Source of the DNA: Obrimoposthia wandeli
Lineage: Eukaryota
NCBI GenBank assembly: GCA_977020255.1
Contig: CDROCS010000777.1
Location: forward strand, 868,001-932,000
Length of the DNA stretch: 64,000 bases
Direction of reading: 5' to 3'
In this document: positions 41,913 to 55,734 of the stretch, in pieces
Numbering within the stretch: position 1 is the first letter of the stretch
Layout of the letters: every line of letters begins with the position of its first letter
The notes under the pieces: model-generated
Seen by the model: only the letters and a program-made list of their open reading frames with translations
Databases searched by the model: none
What the model was told of the DNA's origin: nothing
Translations under genes and position numbers: made by a program

Positions 41913-43839
41913 TGTTAAGGTTGAGAATTAAGAAAATTAAATATTTTAGTTGATTAAATACTAAAATAAAAAAGCCTTGAAAGCAAGGTCGAAAATCAAA
42001 TTAAAATATTAAGTTGAATTTTAGAAGTAAAATTAGTGAAATATTAGGGTAAAATTAGGAGGACCACGAAGGTCGTGTATTATGCGAAAATGTATAAAAG
42101 TTAAACTAATTAACCCAAAAGGGACAATATCAAAAACAAAAACTTAATTAGAAGAAAAACGGTTAATTACAACCGTCGCTCAAGGATCCCAAAGGTAAGC
42201 ACTTTTGCGTGCAGTAATTAAGATTTGTTTTCCAGCTGTCATTGACTGACAGAATCCAAAATCACTAGAAGAAATCGACCAGGAAACCCAAAGCAGCTGC
42301 CAGTTGATTGGCAACTAGATTCCTACTTAAGAAGGGCCATTTCAGGGAACAAACACAATTTCGGAAGCACTCCGGAATCGACTGAAAACAAGAAATCGAC
42401 TTCTAGGTAACTTTTAGTGTAAGAAGTTATAAAATTGAAATTATCTAGGAAAATTGAAGTGAATACCTGAACTGTAACCAACTGATTAAAGAATTGAGAA
42501 ACGATTCCAACTGATTAAAGAATTGAGAAACGATTCCAACTGATTAAAGAATTGAGAAACGATTCCAACTGATTAAAGAATTGAGAAACGATTCCAACTG
42601 ATTAAAGAATTGAGAAACGATTCCAACTGATTAAAGAATTGAGAAACGATTCCAACTGATTAAAGAATTGAGAAACGATTCCAACTGATTAAAGAATTGA
42701 GAAACGATTCCAACTGATTAAAGAATTGAGAAACGATTCCAACTGATTGAAGAATTGAGAAACGATTCCAACTGATTAAAGAATTGAGAAACGATTCCAA
42801 CTGATTGAAGAATTGAGAAACGATTCCAACTGATTGAACGATTCTGCCAGGCTCGCAAATACCACATACGGACCCTACACCGGACGTCCCACGAGTTGCT
42901 GTAACTGGTAAGCACACAGATTAGGTCCATTCATTGCCCCTAGTAGGCAATTAGGTTATTTCATTACCCCTAGTTGGTAATTCTACGTTTTTAAAATAAT
43001 AAGCAAATTCATTACCCCTAGCTGGTAATTAGGACCTGTGTCTCTTTAACACAATCATTACCCCTAGTTGGTAATTAGGATCGGAACTTTATTCATTGTC
43101 CCCAGCGACAATTAGAAACTTACCAGACGTTTTTCCGTAAGATTCATTGTCCCTAGCTGGCAATTAGGTTCCTTCATTGCCCCTAGTTGGTAATTCGGAT
43201 AAATATTCATTGTCCCTAGTAGACAATTCGGTAAGACTCATTGTCCACTAGCTGACAATTCGATTCGCACATTGTCCGTAGTTGACAATTAGGAGCAAGT
43301 TTTATTGTCATCTGGACAATTAGGATTTTAGGAGATCCCTTGTCTACAGTAGACAATTTGGGTCGAACACACAGAGAGAGTAAGGAACAAAGAAATATTT
43401 GGTTAGAGATAAGAAGTAGGAGCGAAGAAAATTAAGAGAGTTGCGTTATAGATTAACCAACCTGAGTAAGAAGACTAAACCTAAGAAACTTAATCACCTG
43501 AACGTAAAATCAATACGTGGTTCATCCCCACTTCTTGTAGAGACTCACAGAAGTCCTTTAGGAATTTTATCATACTTTTTAGAAATACGTACATAAACGT
43601 ATTGTGGTGTTAGTTACGTGAATTTTGAATAAACAATTTCCTACATTAGAACAAGTTGTTTTTACACCCTTCAGACTAAGAGACATCAAATCAATACCTT
43701 CAGATAGTACAAGAGATTAGGCAACCATAACACTAAGTAGGCCACGACCAACTTTAAGACCTGCTTCTAATCGAACTCACGTTGGGGCCCTCCGCACACT
43801 AAGAGGCTCTATACCAAGTTTCGTATAGAAACCCCAACA
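41913..43839 (+). repeat. 3' LTR (1927 bp)
   Basis: Copy of 23888-25816 with four 1-bp homopolymer-length differences found by eye. Confidence 0.98.
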
Positions 43840-43872
43840 TATGAAACTCTTTTTTATTTGGTTTATATTGTT

Positions 43873-44241
43873 CTAAGATCCAAATAATATAGTCTCAGAT
43901 TTATGTTCATTCCTCCTCCAAAATCTTAATTTCATCCATATAGCTATTTCAATACAAACATTTTCCATTTCAGAAAATGTGATTTCATAGTCATCAGAAT
44001 CAAAAGCAATATAAAGTTGTGCATCATCAACATAAAGGTGAAAATGAATAGAATATTTCCTTATAATCATTACGATTAACGGAGTATAAATATAAAATAA
44101 GATTGGACCAAGAATAGAACCCTGGGGAATATAGAACACAGAATCTGATACTGTGCCATCAATTATAACAGATTGTTTAAGCAAAAGTAAATAATTTTTA
44201 ATCGAACTCAGCTTCTTTCCATTTACTTGAAATATTTCCAA
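43873..44241 (-). pseudogene. Non-LTR (L2/CR1-type) reverse transcriptase fragment
   Basis: PQGSILGPILFYIY, HLYVDDAQLY and WMK..N..KSE motifs. Confidence 0.85.
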
Positions 44242-47200
44242 ATCTTTAATATTATTTCATGATTAACAGAGTCAAATGGTGCTGATAGATCTAGAAGAAT
44301 CTTAATTACACATTTTCCATTTATTAAAGATTTTAATACTATTTTACACTAGGCCATTTGCTATTTCAGTTAAATGATAACTACTTTAATATGATTGATA
44401 AATATGGAGTAAATTAGTTATTTCTAAATACCTACTTAACTGTATCGAAACCAAGTTTTAAAGAACTTTCGATAGAAATCAGTTTGAAATTTCGAAGATT
44501 TATTTTATCTCTATTTTTGACTTTGAACAATGATTTTATTAATGCTCACTTTTCTATTCAGCTTTTAAAAAAAAATTATTAAATTTTGGATTCATTTGTT
44601 ATTTAATATTTTTAAAAATATTATTTTTTTGAGCGAAAATAAAAAATAAATTTAAAGATTTTTGTTACAAACCAATTTTTGCTTCTTTAATTCTATTTCA
44701 TGGCAATGCACCGTTTTTGCAGTTGAATTGAAGCACGAATTAGTGGATATGTCTACAGATGTAAGACGAAGCAAGAAACGAAGCGCGGATAAAGCTTTAA
44801 TCAAGAGATTCTTGGTGAGAAATTTAGAGAATCTCAGCCAAAATGGGGCCGGTTGTTTCCATTTCGCTAATTAGAATAAGGCATCGGTTTACAGCAGATT
44901 TTCCTGACACGATATCCTTGCATCCAGCAGCCCCCTCCCCATTTGCCTATGTCTCGATGTTTAGCTAATCCCCGCTCCAAGGCATCTGTGGATCTCTTCT
45001 CGTGTCAAGCGGCAAATTTGCTGCTCACTTTCCTGACTTTCCAGAGACCGAACCAGCATGAACTAGTGATAAATGAGTTAATATATTAATAACTGCTGCA
45101 TAGCTGTCCATTGATGATAAGCCCGGCGGATTTAATATGAAACCGTTTAAATTATCCGGAAATCGAATGGCAGAAAACATTCAACTCCCTGAAATCAATA
45201 TAAGACTTCAATTTCAAATTACAAAATCGGGGGATTTCCGAATTTATAAATTATATCTCGCTAAAACATATAATAATTAAATACACTAGTTCAGTGGTTC
45301 CCAAAGTTGATTCCGCAAGGAATGTAACATTCATATTAACAGATTTTTAGCCTAACGAAATATCAAATTCCATAAATCATTTCTAAACAGATTTTTAATA
45401 AACTAATATAGGTTGTATATGCTTATATCATATTTATTTTAATAATGCTTCTTAACATTAAACTTGTTTAAATTGATTATCATTTTTACTGTATTAATAT
45501 TTACGTTTTCAATTTAATATTTATATTTTAGTTATTGAAATCTTGGTAGGGGTTTATTTTGACGCATGGACTACTTTAATCAGCTGTTTATAAACCAGTA
45601 GTTGATACAGTTAAACAAACTTTAATTTCAAAATCACATGATTCCTTATTTAATACATGTTTTTAATACAATAGCAAATTAATTGATTTTAAAACAAAAT
45701 ATTATTGTTCGGTTTCTGGTATATTTAGAGTTATAATATAAATTTAACTTAATTTTAAATTGTCAGTAATAATTTTGAGAAGATGTTGGAAACAAACTTG
45801 TCGGACATTTTAAATACATATGACTTTTATTTTATTTTTAAATAAGGCAATTTTGTAATAACCTCAAGAGAACAGGATGTTTATTTGGTAATTGTGTAAT
45901 AAAAAATGAATCCATACATATTAGTTAACATTTTATTATAGGGATAACATTCATTTGTTTAAAAGTAAATTTAATTCTCATGTGCAAACCCGGATTTGGT
46001 ATTGCATTGTAAAATTTAGGGAAAATAACTGATTAAACCACATGGTAAAAATATAAAATAAAATAAATAAATTTATGTATGCATTTCAGTTTTTTAAATT
46101 TCAAAACGAATTTTAAACATTTATAAAATAATATACTTGACAAAACTAATCTGAAAGCTTGTCAAGCTAATTTTATTTTTTGAAATAAATTACAGTATCA
46201 AAAATATGTACAGTTGCAATATGTATGTAGAAAAATATTACCCATTATTCAGGTTAAGATAATGGTTTATCTGTAAATTATAATATACTTAAATTAGTCT
46301 GCTTTTCCCCACTACAAAATAGACTTAATGCAGCTCCTGACTTTTTCTCATTCAATATTTAAACGTCATTGTAATTACATGATAAAATAAATTATTAGTA
46401 ATTCCGTTTCATGTGCTACAAATATCCAAAAAAAATGTTTTAATATCATTGCTTTTTGTATGTATTTATTATTTATAAAAATATATTAGCTTATTTATAT
46501 TAAGACCATATAATAGTATTAGAATTTGCTGCTCCCCAAAACGTTTATGACCCAAAAGAGGTTTCACGTCAGAAAACGTTTTGGAAAACCTGCCAATTTA
46601 CAAGGTTAAATTTTGTTTTAATATATTAACATCATCAAATAACACGGTCAAACATTATTTTTGTTGTTTGAGTTTAAGAGACATTTTTTGATTGAGGTCA
46701 GGATTTTGTTTATCTATAAAACAGTTGTTAAATTTAGTTATTTTCGCTTATTTTACTAACCTACACGTTTATAAATTTTATTCTTTAAAAATATAAACTA
46801 TTGTATTAAATATTTATTATTTAAAAAAAAATTTAATAGTTTTTTTGAGTTTGAAAAACTTTTATTTATTTTATTAATATATTAACAAAAGTAAATAAAC
46901 TCTAAATTGTCATATTTGATAAATTAAAATATTAAAAAATACCATATTTTTGTAGTTCTTCGCATGTTTGCCTATTATTCTTCAGTAATGAAACATAAAC
47001 AAGCTCCATTACAAAAAATTACAATATATTTCAATATATATTACAATAAGTTTTCACTTTTAAAGCTGCTAAATGGTAAATGCTAAAACTGCATACAACT
47101 TTTATTTTTTAAGTTAAAAAATATTTTTATTTTGTTATTATCTTCTTATTTCTAAAATTTTTTAATATTTTAATTTTATTTCTATATATTTCTTATTTAA

Positions 47201-47399
47201 TATTTAGGATTAAAATGTTTATATTTAGAAATGAAAAAAACAGCTGTAAGTCCGACTAATGCCCATTTTTTGGTTGATTTAATGTTTTTATACAAATATA
47301 TACCAATATGATTGTTATATCACATCTAATTTTCAGGCAAGATTGTTAATTTTTAATGTTTCTTACGAATAATTTTAAATGCCCTATATTCATTATTAG

Positions 47400-47850
47400 C
47401 AAACATGTATCGGCAATGTTTAAATTCACCTGATCGTTTGTGCTACATTTGTGGTTGACCGAATGTTAAAACAACAAGAAGGGATATCATGCCCATTTTC
47501 ATTGAGTTTGGGCTGACCCTCGACACCTATTATTGGCAAGCGCCACATAACCCCCATGATAATTTATATTTTTCCCTTAGAAATACTAAAGGATTCAATA
47601 GAAGAAACTAAACCACTATTGTGACTCGGCTCTGTTCCCAGCACTATTTAGCAGTGAAGCGTCTGTGAACATTCCTCCGACACGGATACTGAGAGCAGTC
47701 ATCTTCAAAATCTCTCAACTCTGATCACGGATTTACTTTGTTTAATGATGATTAACCAACGATAATTAGCCAAACCAGTTTAAATGATGTTTATCTTACG
47801 ACAGAGTCATCTGAGCTTCTTGATTTAAGATTGTTTTGACCAAATTATAG
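47400..47850 (+). pseudogene. Decayed DNA-transposon ORF of the CxNSPDxxCYICG type (m44-like)
   Basis: CLNSPDRLCYICG, WQAPHNPHDNLYF and SQTSLNDV..SSELLDLRL resemble this family's motifs; many lesions. Confidence 0.45.
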
Positions 47851-48299
47851 CAAAGTGAACTTTAAGTATGGACATCATTTCGAATCATTGCTGAACGGTT
47901 CTTGGGAAACTATCAACTTGACAAAAAAAGCATTGTGGTATCTTTTTGTCTATGGGTAAATACGGTAAATGAAAGGATAATTTTATCCGATACTTAATAC
48001 ATAAAATGTGACTATAATTACTCAAATAAGAACAGGTGTAGATTTTTATTTTGCTCGATGCTGTTTGTGTAATAGGCAGAAATAATTATTTGGAGACAGT
48101 TGTCTAATTTTCCCGGATTCTCAAGTCCGAGCATATCGCAAAATGTAAATTAAACCAACAGTTGGGTCAATTTTCATAGAGAGCTTAAAATAAAGAGAGA
48201 CCATTGAATATAATCAAGAAGCACGGTGTTCCTGGAACCATGATATTGTCCAATGTGTGATGGTTAGATGGTACTCTGCGTGGTATTTTCGTTTTAAAG

Positions 48300-48560
48300 T
48301 CAGCAACAATATCCTCAAACTCATCATACACCTTGACTGGTCAGTCTGTAGAAGTTTCAGTAGAAGCTTATAGTAGGTGCTCAGGCCGTTCCCATCCTTT
48401 GTCGTTGATTGATCAGATTACTCGAGAATGGACATGTGGCCTGGTGTTGTCATGGTCATTGCGTGGACGTTTGGCTTTAATAGCGACTTCCAAGCGATCA
48501 AGTTGATCCAGATAGACGTTACTGTTAATGTTGTGCTATATTTTCCTATTTATATCAAAT
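48300..48560 (-). pseudogene. Decayed mariner (DD34D) transposase fragment
   Basis: LDQLDRLEVAIKAKRP..HDNTRPHV..KGWE matches the mariner HDNARPH and GWEVLPHP region. Confidence 0.7.
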
Positions 48561-49199
48561 ATAAACCATGCATACTTCATATAGTTATCCTCCCACCAAT
48601 CATAACAAACTTCGTTGAAGAACTTTAGAAATTATTTCCCAGTGAAATTTTCAGAGTGTTCCCGTCAAAAACGTCACATGGCCTTTCTTATTGACTAAAT
48701 AGTACGGAATATTATTTTGAAAGATAATGAAACAGACAGATAAATTTGAAATATTTGAAGGGGATTCAAAACAATTTTACATCAACTCATTCTTTCATTC
48801 AATATTAATATCATAACCATTTCATGATTTGACTCATCTTATTTTCCCTACTTTTATCATACTAAATCAAAAAAATAAAATATTGTAAAAGTTTAATGAT
48901 GTGTACTTTTTTCGACCAGATACCGTAAAATCTCTGAATTACGTCCACGAGACTCAAATAAACCGTCAGTTACTTAGGAATTGTCTCAATTGTGAGATTC
49001 TGTACAACATGTGTTAATTGGATATTCATTTTACATTTTCAAATTTTGATAAATCGCTTTGCTAATTTCAATTTAACAACATTTTACCTACGAAAAGGTA
49101 AGCCAATATAATAAATGTGTCGCACAGTAGTACAAATGTTCTCAATGGAAAATATTCTCTATATAGAAGTTGGGATGTCCTCATTTCTAAGGCTACAAT

Positions 49200-49600
49200 G
49201 TCTCTTCTATAAATTGAATTATGGTGGGACTACGAATGTCTATCCTTAATTCACATGTGCCTGCTTTTGCGGAGTGTCTGTTTGCAGAGGTTTATCTGTA
49301 TTTTCTAATAAAGGTTTTGTTATCAAAATATGGGCGTGTCTACAACTGTTACTTTAAAGTTGATAGTTCAGACGTTTTTCAATACTATTAGCACGATCTA
49401 AGAAAATCTGACTATAAAGCTGATATAATGGTTTGGTCCCAGGGAAAAAGTGCTTCAAACTGTCTCGTTAAACTTTACAAAACCGTCGTTATTTCGGATA
49501 AGGCTCTTCTGCCAATGTGTGATAAGGAAAATTATTTTATTCCAACAAGATAATGCTCAAGTAAGTCGAAAATAATAATGTAAACACAATGGAGTGGTCA
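49200..49600 (+). pseudogene. Possible Tc1-type transposase fragment
   Basis: ILFQQDNAQ motif only. Confidence 0.35.
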
Positions 49601-51349
49601 GATAATTCTTGTGATTCAAATTTGATTGTGAAGGGAATTTTAGAGAGAATATTGTTTTAAAATAGTTTCATTTTCGACAAAACTAGTCAATTTAAACTAC
49701 CCTTGACTAATGAGTAGAAACTTTGAAAATTATCCCAATACCCTGTGGTAATTCTTTTCTAAATATCAAAAAGTTTAATTTGACTGAGTCATGTTATGCT
49801 TTTTACGGAGCCTAAATTACAAACGCCGGTTTTAACCAAAAATGTACCCTAACCGTACTCTCAGTTTTGAATTGCTTATTTTGTTTTAAAATTTTAACTC
49901 AATAAAAGATGAAATGATCACAGCATAGGGAACAGAAAATCGTGTTGTTTTTTGTGTATTTTACGCCTATTTGTGAATTTATTGAATTATTATTATTATT
50001 GGCAAGTTTAATATGTTCTGAGAAATATGCGACTTTATTGATGGAAAATTATTTCCCACGACGATATTCAAGAGTTGTAATTATTTAAATACAAATTGGG
50101 AAATAGACTTTTCTCTGACACGTAAAGGAATCTGGTGTGTTTACAAAAATCAGATTTGGAAGTATGAGGGAAACATTTTTTACAGATTGGAAATGCAAAT
50201 ATGCCTCAACACAGTTTGTCAGAATGCCCATTCTGTGTGGCGTCTTGTTTGCTTATTTGCCCGGATAGAGAATCACTTTCGAATCTCAGCCATCACCTCG
50301 GTTGTTGACAGTTGAACTACTATCACACAGACACGCCCCAAAGGACCTTAATCGTCTGCTTGCAGCACTGAAACTCGAAATGGATACTTGAGCGAAAAAA
50401 CATTTTCATAATATTATTTAATAATTACTGAAGTTTCTTTGAAGATATTTATTTATTTTTTGGGATTTTGGGATCTTCTCGATTAAATCTTTCTATAAAA
50501 AAAACATTTATTTATTAAAAGGTAGTTAACCCTATCCCCAGTGGTATAAAGATTAATCTAAAGCTGTTCTTCAGAGAAGTTTTATTCTTTAACTAGCAAA
50601 ATATTAATAAAATTATTTTATTTTTACGATATCCACTGCGACGACAGCACCAGCTGTCCTGTCGATAGTTTAAGCTCAAACTCTTATCATGTCCTTCTGA
50701 GAATTTCATCGAAAGAATATTTACTCTTTATAAAAAGTGAACACTATTCTCCTTGTCGTTATTTTTCAAAAAAAATATTTGAAGAAAACAAACAGACTTT
50801 TTATTCAATAAAATTTTCACTTTCATGGGGGGATTTAACCGAAAAGAACCAGATTTTGTCCAAACTTCTTTAATGCTAGCTGGGAATACTATCTGTTGTA
50901 GAATTGTTGATGGCATATACCTTTAAATATACTTATCTGAACATTAAAATATTCATAAAGTACTTACGCATATAAACTAAATTGTAAATATCAGCTACAT
51001 CCACTCAGAAAGATGAATTTCATCACCTATAGTAAAATTAAACTGACAATAAATACACTAATAAAATCTTAGCATTTAATTAACATGCCCATCATTTGAA
51101 TTCTGTTTCAAGCAAACCCGTAACAAAAATTTGATGGTATTATAATAATCAGTTGGGAATCACGGTTTTGTATTCTACTGATCAGGGATCGATTATTTTA
51201 TTGATCGCTTTTTATTTGTTATTTTTAATTTCCATTCCTATTTATTTATATCATCGTCATCGTCTTTATTATAATCAAAATCATTAATTATTGTTAATAA
51301 TCATTACAGTATATATTATTAACGAAAAACGACACCAGTGTGAAGCTGT

Positions 51350-51660
51350 AGATGAGAGCTTTCCATGCTGATTTGTCTTCACAGACACTAGATCGGAAAA
51401 TCCTGACTCACACAAGTAGGACGAAATAGGAGTTTTATTTGGGATAATCATATCACCGGATAAGGATAGGTTGCAATTCGATTACACGAAAACTCAGTCA
51501 GTGGCACTCGTTCAAACTGCTCTTCTGGCATACTTTCCTCTGGCAGACCGCAGAGTTTGACTAACTGTTGTCATTGGTATCTGGGAGGCACGTCCTGTCG
51601 CTATAAAATGCTTTGAGATCAAAATTGAGGTTGCTTGTGACATTTCCGGAAAGTATCGCC
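51350..51660 (-). pseudogene. hAT C-terminal dimerisation-domain fragment
   Basis: SSYLCESGFSDLVSVKT matches SYLCESGFS.L..IKT. Confidence 0.65.
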
Positions 51661-52539
51661 AAAAAAATCGGTGCTCTTCCCATATGTGATATACCCATTA
51701 ACTACCTATTATTTCCCCATTAAACTAGCAAACTAGCTAGTTGTCAGCATTCCAGTAGGCAACCAAACAATCGATAAAAATTAAATTTGAAATATAACTT
51801 TTGAATCCCGATTTTAAAGTTCGATTTTTAATCATTTTATGTTTATATTTATGGATTTTAGAATAAATTTTTCGTGTATATTTCAGAATAATGTAAATTA
51901 AGATGCAAAAGTTGAATCTTAGATCATTTATAGTGATTTTAGTTGACAAATGGATGAATTTACTGTGTAATTTTTCAGAATAATATAAAATTTTAAGTAG
52001 AAAGTTCGATTTTCAGTCATTTTATATTTATAGATTAGAAGATAAATTTACCATGGATTTTTTAGAATAATACAAATTATAATGCAAATAATTGATCATT
52101 TTTCAGTGAATTTACCCATATTTCTATCAATTTTCTTTGATTTTAGTTTAAGGACAGATTTACTTTCAGAATAAATAAGTTGTATTTCCGGACGATTCTT
52201 ATGTGCCAGTGCGTCTTACGGTAATAAAGTTTTTCATGGTTTCTTATATGGTAGATGCACTCATTGGATTTCTCTTCAACATATTTAAAGTATTCCTCCG
52301 TGTAATAAAGATATAATTTGAAGAGAGTATATAATTATCAATAAGTGAGAGTTTATTACGGTCAATTATATAAAGATTATTACTGACAATTAGTAATAGT
52401 TTATTACGGATAATTAGAGAGATTACTATGATCAATTAGTCAATTTACAATCAAGGGTATATTATTAATTTTAATATGGATCTTTAACTAAGAATTTTAT
52501 TAAATTTCAAAATGATTCACTAATTAAATCTAAAATTTT

Positions 52540-54700
52540 ATTTACTTTCATTTGCAAAAGTTTTTATTTGTAAAAGAATCTGTAAACGTTTTGTTACTAA
52601 GAATTGATTAATTTACATTTCTATTTTTGTTTCAAAGATTATTGTTTGAAGATTAGCTTATTTAAGGAAATGAATCTATGTAATAAATAAGTGATTAATT
52701 AAATTATCACTAGTAAACAACAGATATCAATTCTATATTGGAACATTTTTTTTAGAAATTATTACATCAGGACTAGAAATAAATTAAATTATATCCTGTT
52801 CATCTTTCAATTCATTTAAACCTAATTTATGTATTTTCAAGTATCATTTATTCAATCATGTTTAAAGCATGTATTTATCTCAGTCATAACTTATTCAAAT
52901 TACTTGAGTTTTTTGTTAACTATATTCTCAAAAAATAATTTTTCATTGATCGATATATTAAATAAGAAAATTCTTACAAAACTCTACAAGCTTATTGATT
53001 CATTGATGTTATCAATATTATGGAAACTTAGAAACTTATTTTCAAACATCAACAACCAGCCGATTTATTACTTCAAATAAATTATTATCGGTCTAGTAAA
53101 GAGATTATACATAAAAGGTTCTATAAGAGAAATTAACAAGATGTGTGAGATTTAAGAATAGAAAATAATGGATAGAAGTTTTACAAGAGAAAATCACGAT
53201 TTGTTTAGAAGGTTCTCTAGAAAAGTAATTAATACATAGAAGATTAAAGATAATAAAATAAGCAGTGGTTCAGAGGAGAAATTAACGAGATTTTTAGGAG
53301 GTATCAGAAGAAAAAATATAGCCTAGATTGGATTATGAAGTGAAATTGATGTGATTTATTTAAGAGATTTAGGTATTTAGGAATGGAATTTAACGGGATG
53401 TTTAAAAGTTCAAAGAAGAAATTTACGGGATATTTAGGAAGTTTATAAAATAAATTATTACATAGAATAGTTCAAAGAGGAAGTTTACGGAGTATTTAGA
53501 AGGTTATAGAAGAAATATTAATGCATAGAATGGTTATTAAAAACAAATTGAAAAAGTGTTCAAGAGGTTTCAGAAGAAAGATTACAGATTTGAAAGGTTT
53601 TAAAGGGATTTAGCAGGAGTGTTTAGAAGGTATCAGAAAATATAGCCTTAAAAGGCGTTTAGAGGAGTATTTAAAAGGAGTATTTAGGAAGCTTCCGAAA
53701 AAGAAATTAAAACGTAAAATTGGTTCAGAGGAGAATTTATATGGGGAATTCAAGAGGTTTCAGGAGAGGAAATTCAAGCTAAAAGGATATTAAAGGAGTA
53801 TTTAATTGAGGAGTTCAAGAGATTTCAGAAGAGGAAATTAGAGGGGTTTAGATTATTACAATTATTACAAAAGCAGAAATATTATTCAAACTTTTACCAT
53901 CTTTTTGTAAATGTTCCGCATCAATTTTGGGAAAGAATAATCCACAATAGTGTTAGAGGATATAATTGGAGTTAGAATATTATAGATCTAGGTTGGATTA
54001 TGAGCAGTTAGAGATTAGCGGTTTAGGTTAGAAGTTGAGTAATAGCGGTTAGTGTGTATATTCCCAATTATTGATTTTATAGAAAATAATCAATGTTGTT
54101 GTAAATAGCTGCTTATAAGTCTATAAGAATTAAGGAAAACTTAAAGAAACAACTTATGAGGATGAAAGTTTTGATAAAGTCATCATATATTTATTAATAT
54201 TTAGAAAATCGGGTAAAATCTTTAAATAGTTCTTTTTATGATTACTATTAATTGTTTTGGTTCATATAAAAGGCTTCCTGAACCAATGTTGATCTATCTT
54301 ATTATACATTAAAATACTTTAAATCAATCAATATTAAGATTTGCTTTAAGACATTGAATGAGGAAGAAACTCTTTCAAATTAACGATTTCATTATTACAC
54401 AAACTATGCAGTAAATAAGTTATTTTCAAAGAGAGTTTTAACGAAGTCATCAATATTATCATTCCAAAGCCAATATTTAAGCATTTGATCTATTCCTTCT
54501 ACATTCCTTCAATTAAAAATCAAAGTTAGGTATGCTATTTTTTAAAAGATAATGTTAGAAGTATTTTATGGAAATTTAGACACAATAACGAACACGTGCC
54601 ATGGTGTGTGCACACGTGTCGGGGCACGCGTCTTGTTGCTAGCGTCTTCTGGCTCACTTGCACATAGGGGGGTGAGCCAGAAGACCCACTTCCCCCTACT
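52540..54700. repeat. Unclassified interspersed repeat, copy 2, with the hairpin end inverted
   Basis: The body is similar to 21150-21620; the hairpin at ~54643-54690 is the reverse complement of ~20775-20820. Confidence 0.55.
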
Positions 54701-55734
54701 TTTATTAGAAACCAATTCAATCATTTCAAGTCTCCGTAACAGATTTTACATAATAATTGATTGTTTTATAGTAACTTTTTTCTCAAACGAAATAACATGT
54801 TTTAGTTTAGCAAGAGAAAATTTCAAGGTAGGAATCACAGATTTTCATAATATTTTAAAATAAATGCATTAATCCTAGGAAAAACTAAATAAAAAAATAT
54901 TTGCTCTCCATATTTACTATTTTAAATGTATTTTATATTTATTTATTAGGTTTTCTAAGTTAAAACTTTAACAAATATAACCCAATATTTTAATTTGATA
55001 TCACTTGTAATTATCTAAAAATTATTTCTTAATATTATTTCCTCCATAGTATTTTTTGATGATTATTTCATCTTCTCACCTTTACCAGACATTAAAGTAA
55101 CTACATTAGCATGGTTTTTGAATAAATAAATTTATGAATCCCTCAGCAACGTAGCATTTAAACAATAGTACTATATCTACCTTTTATAATTTGATTTGTT
55201 TATATTTCTGATAATGTTTTTGGGGAGCTAATATTTTAACACTGTTTCTAACAATTATTTTGGAAAATAAGAAATATAATTGTCATTTCCACTTTGATAA
55301 CCTTTTGTTATTAGACTAAAATTATACTATTTCATTAGAGTAAAAATAAAATTTACTATTTGTTACGCAATGGCATTTATGTCAGCATTAAAATAATTAT
55401 GTTAGTAAATTCAGTTGAAGCTGTATGGAAAAATCGAACTGCATTTATATCCAAATAATAAACAATTACAATTCAGGAACCTTCCCAAAACACCCTCCTC
55501 CAAATTGCTCAAAAATCCTCTACTTCTCTGGAAAACCAAAAGGACTGGCGGAAGTGAAACCTCCGCACGCAATCCTATGTAAGTCTTCGGCCTGTGAAAT
55601 GCTTCTTTTGCACTAAATATCCATGCAGAATTTACTAAAATATCAATCGAAGTCAGAGTAAAAATCGTAAATTGATACATCAGTCGAGGGAATAAATTAA
55701 ATTCCAATTGTGAAAATTTTTACGCATTTAAATA

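Larger units (their letters stand above)
23888..43839 (+). mobile_element. Giant full-length Ty3/Gypsy LTR retrotransposon (~19.95 kb) with accessory genes
   Basis: Paired 1929/1927-bp LTRs with TGTT...AACA ends, TSD TATG (23884-23887 / 43840-43843), PBS at 25825, and PR-RT-RH-IN domain order. Confidence 0.98.

Noticed and set aside
44880-45070. HERO/NeSL-type LINE fragment (..KHRDIG..), and a Crypton-like fragment at ~50200-50330 (NKQTRRHTEWA)
   Set aside because: Single short motif resemblances in stop-ridden frames; too weak to call.
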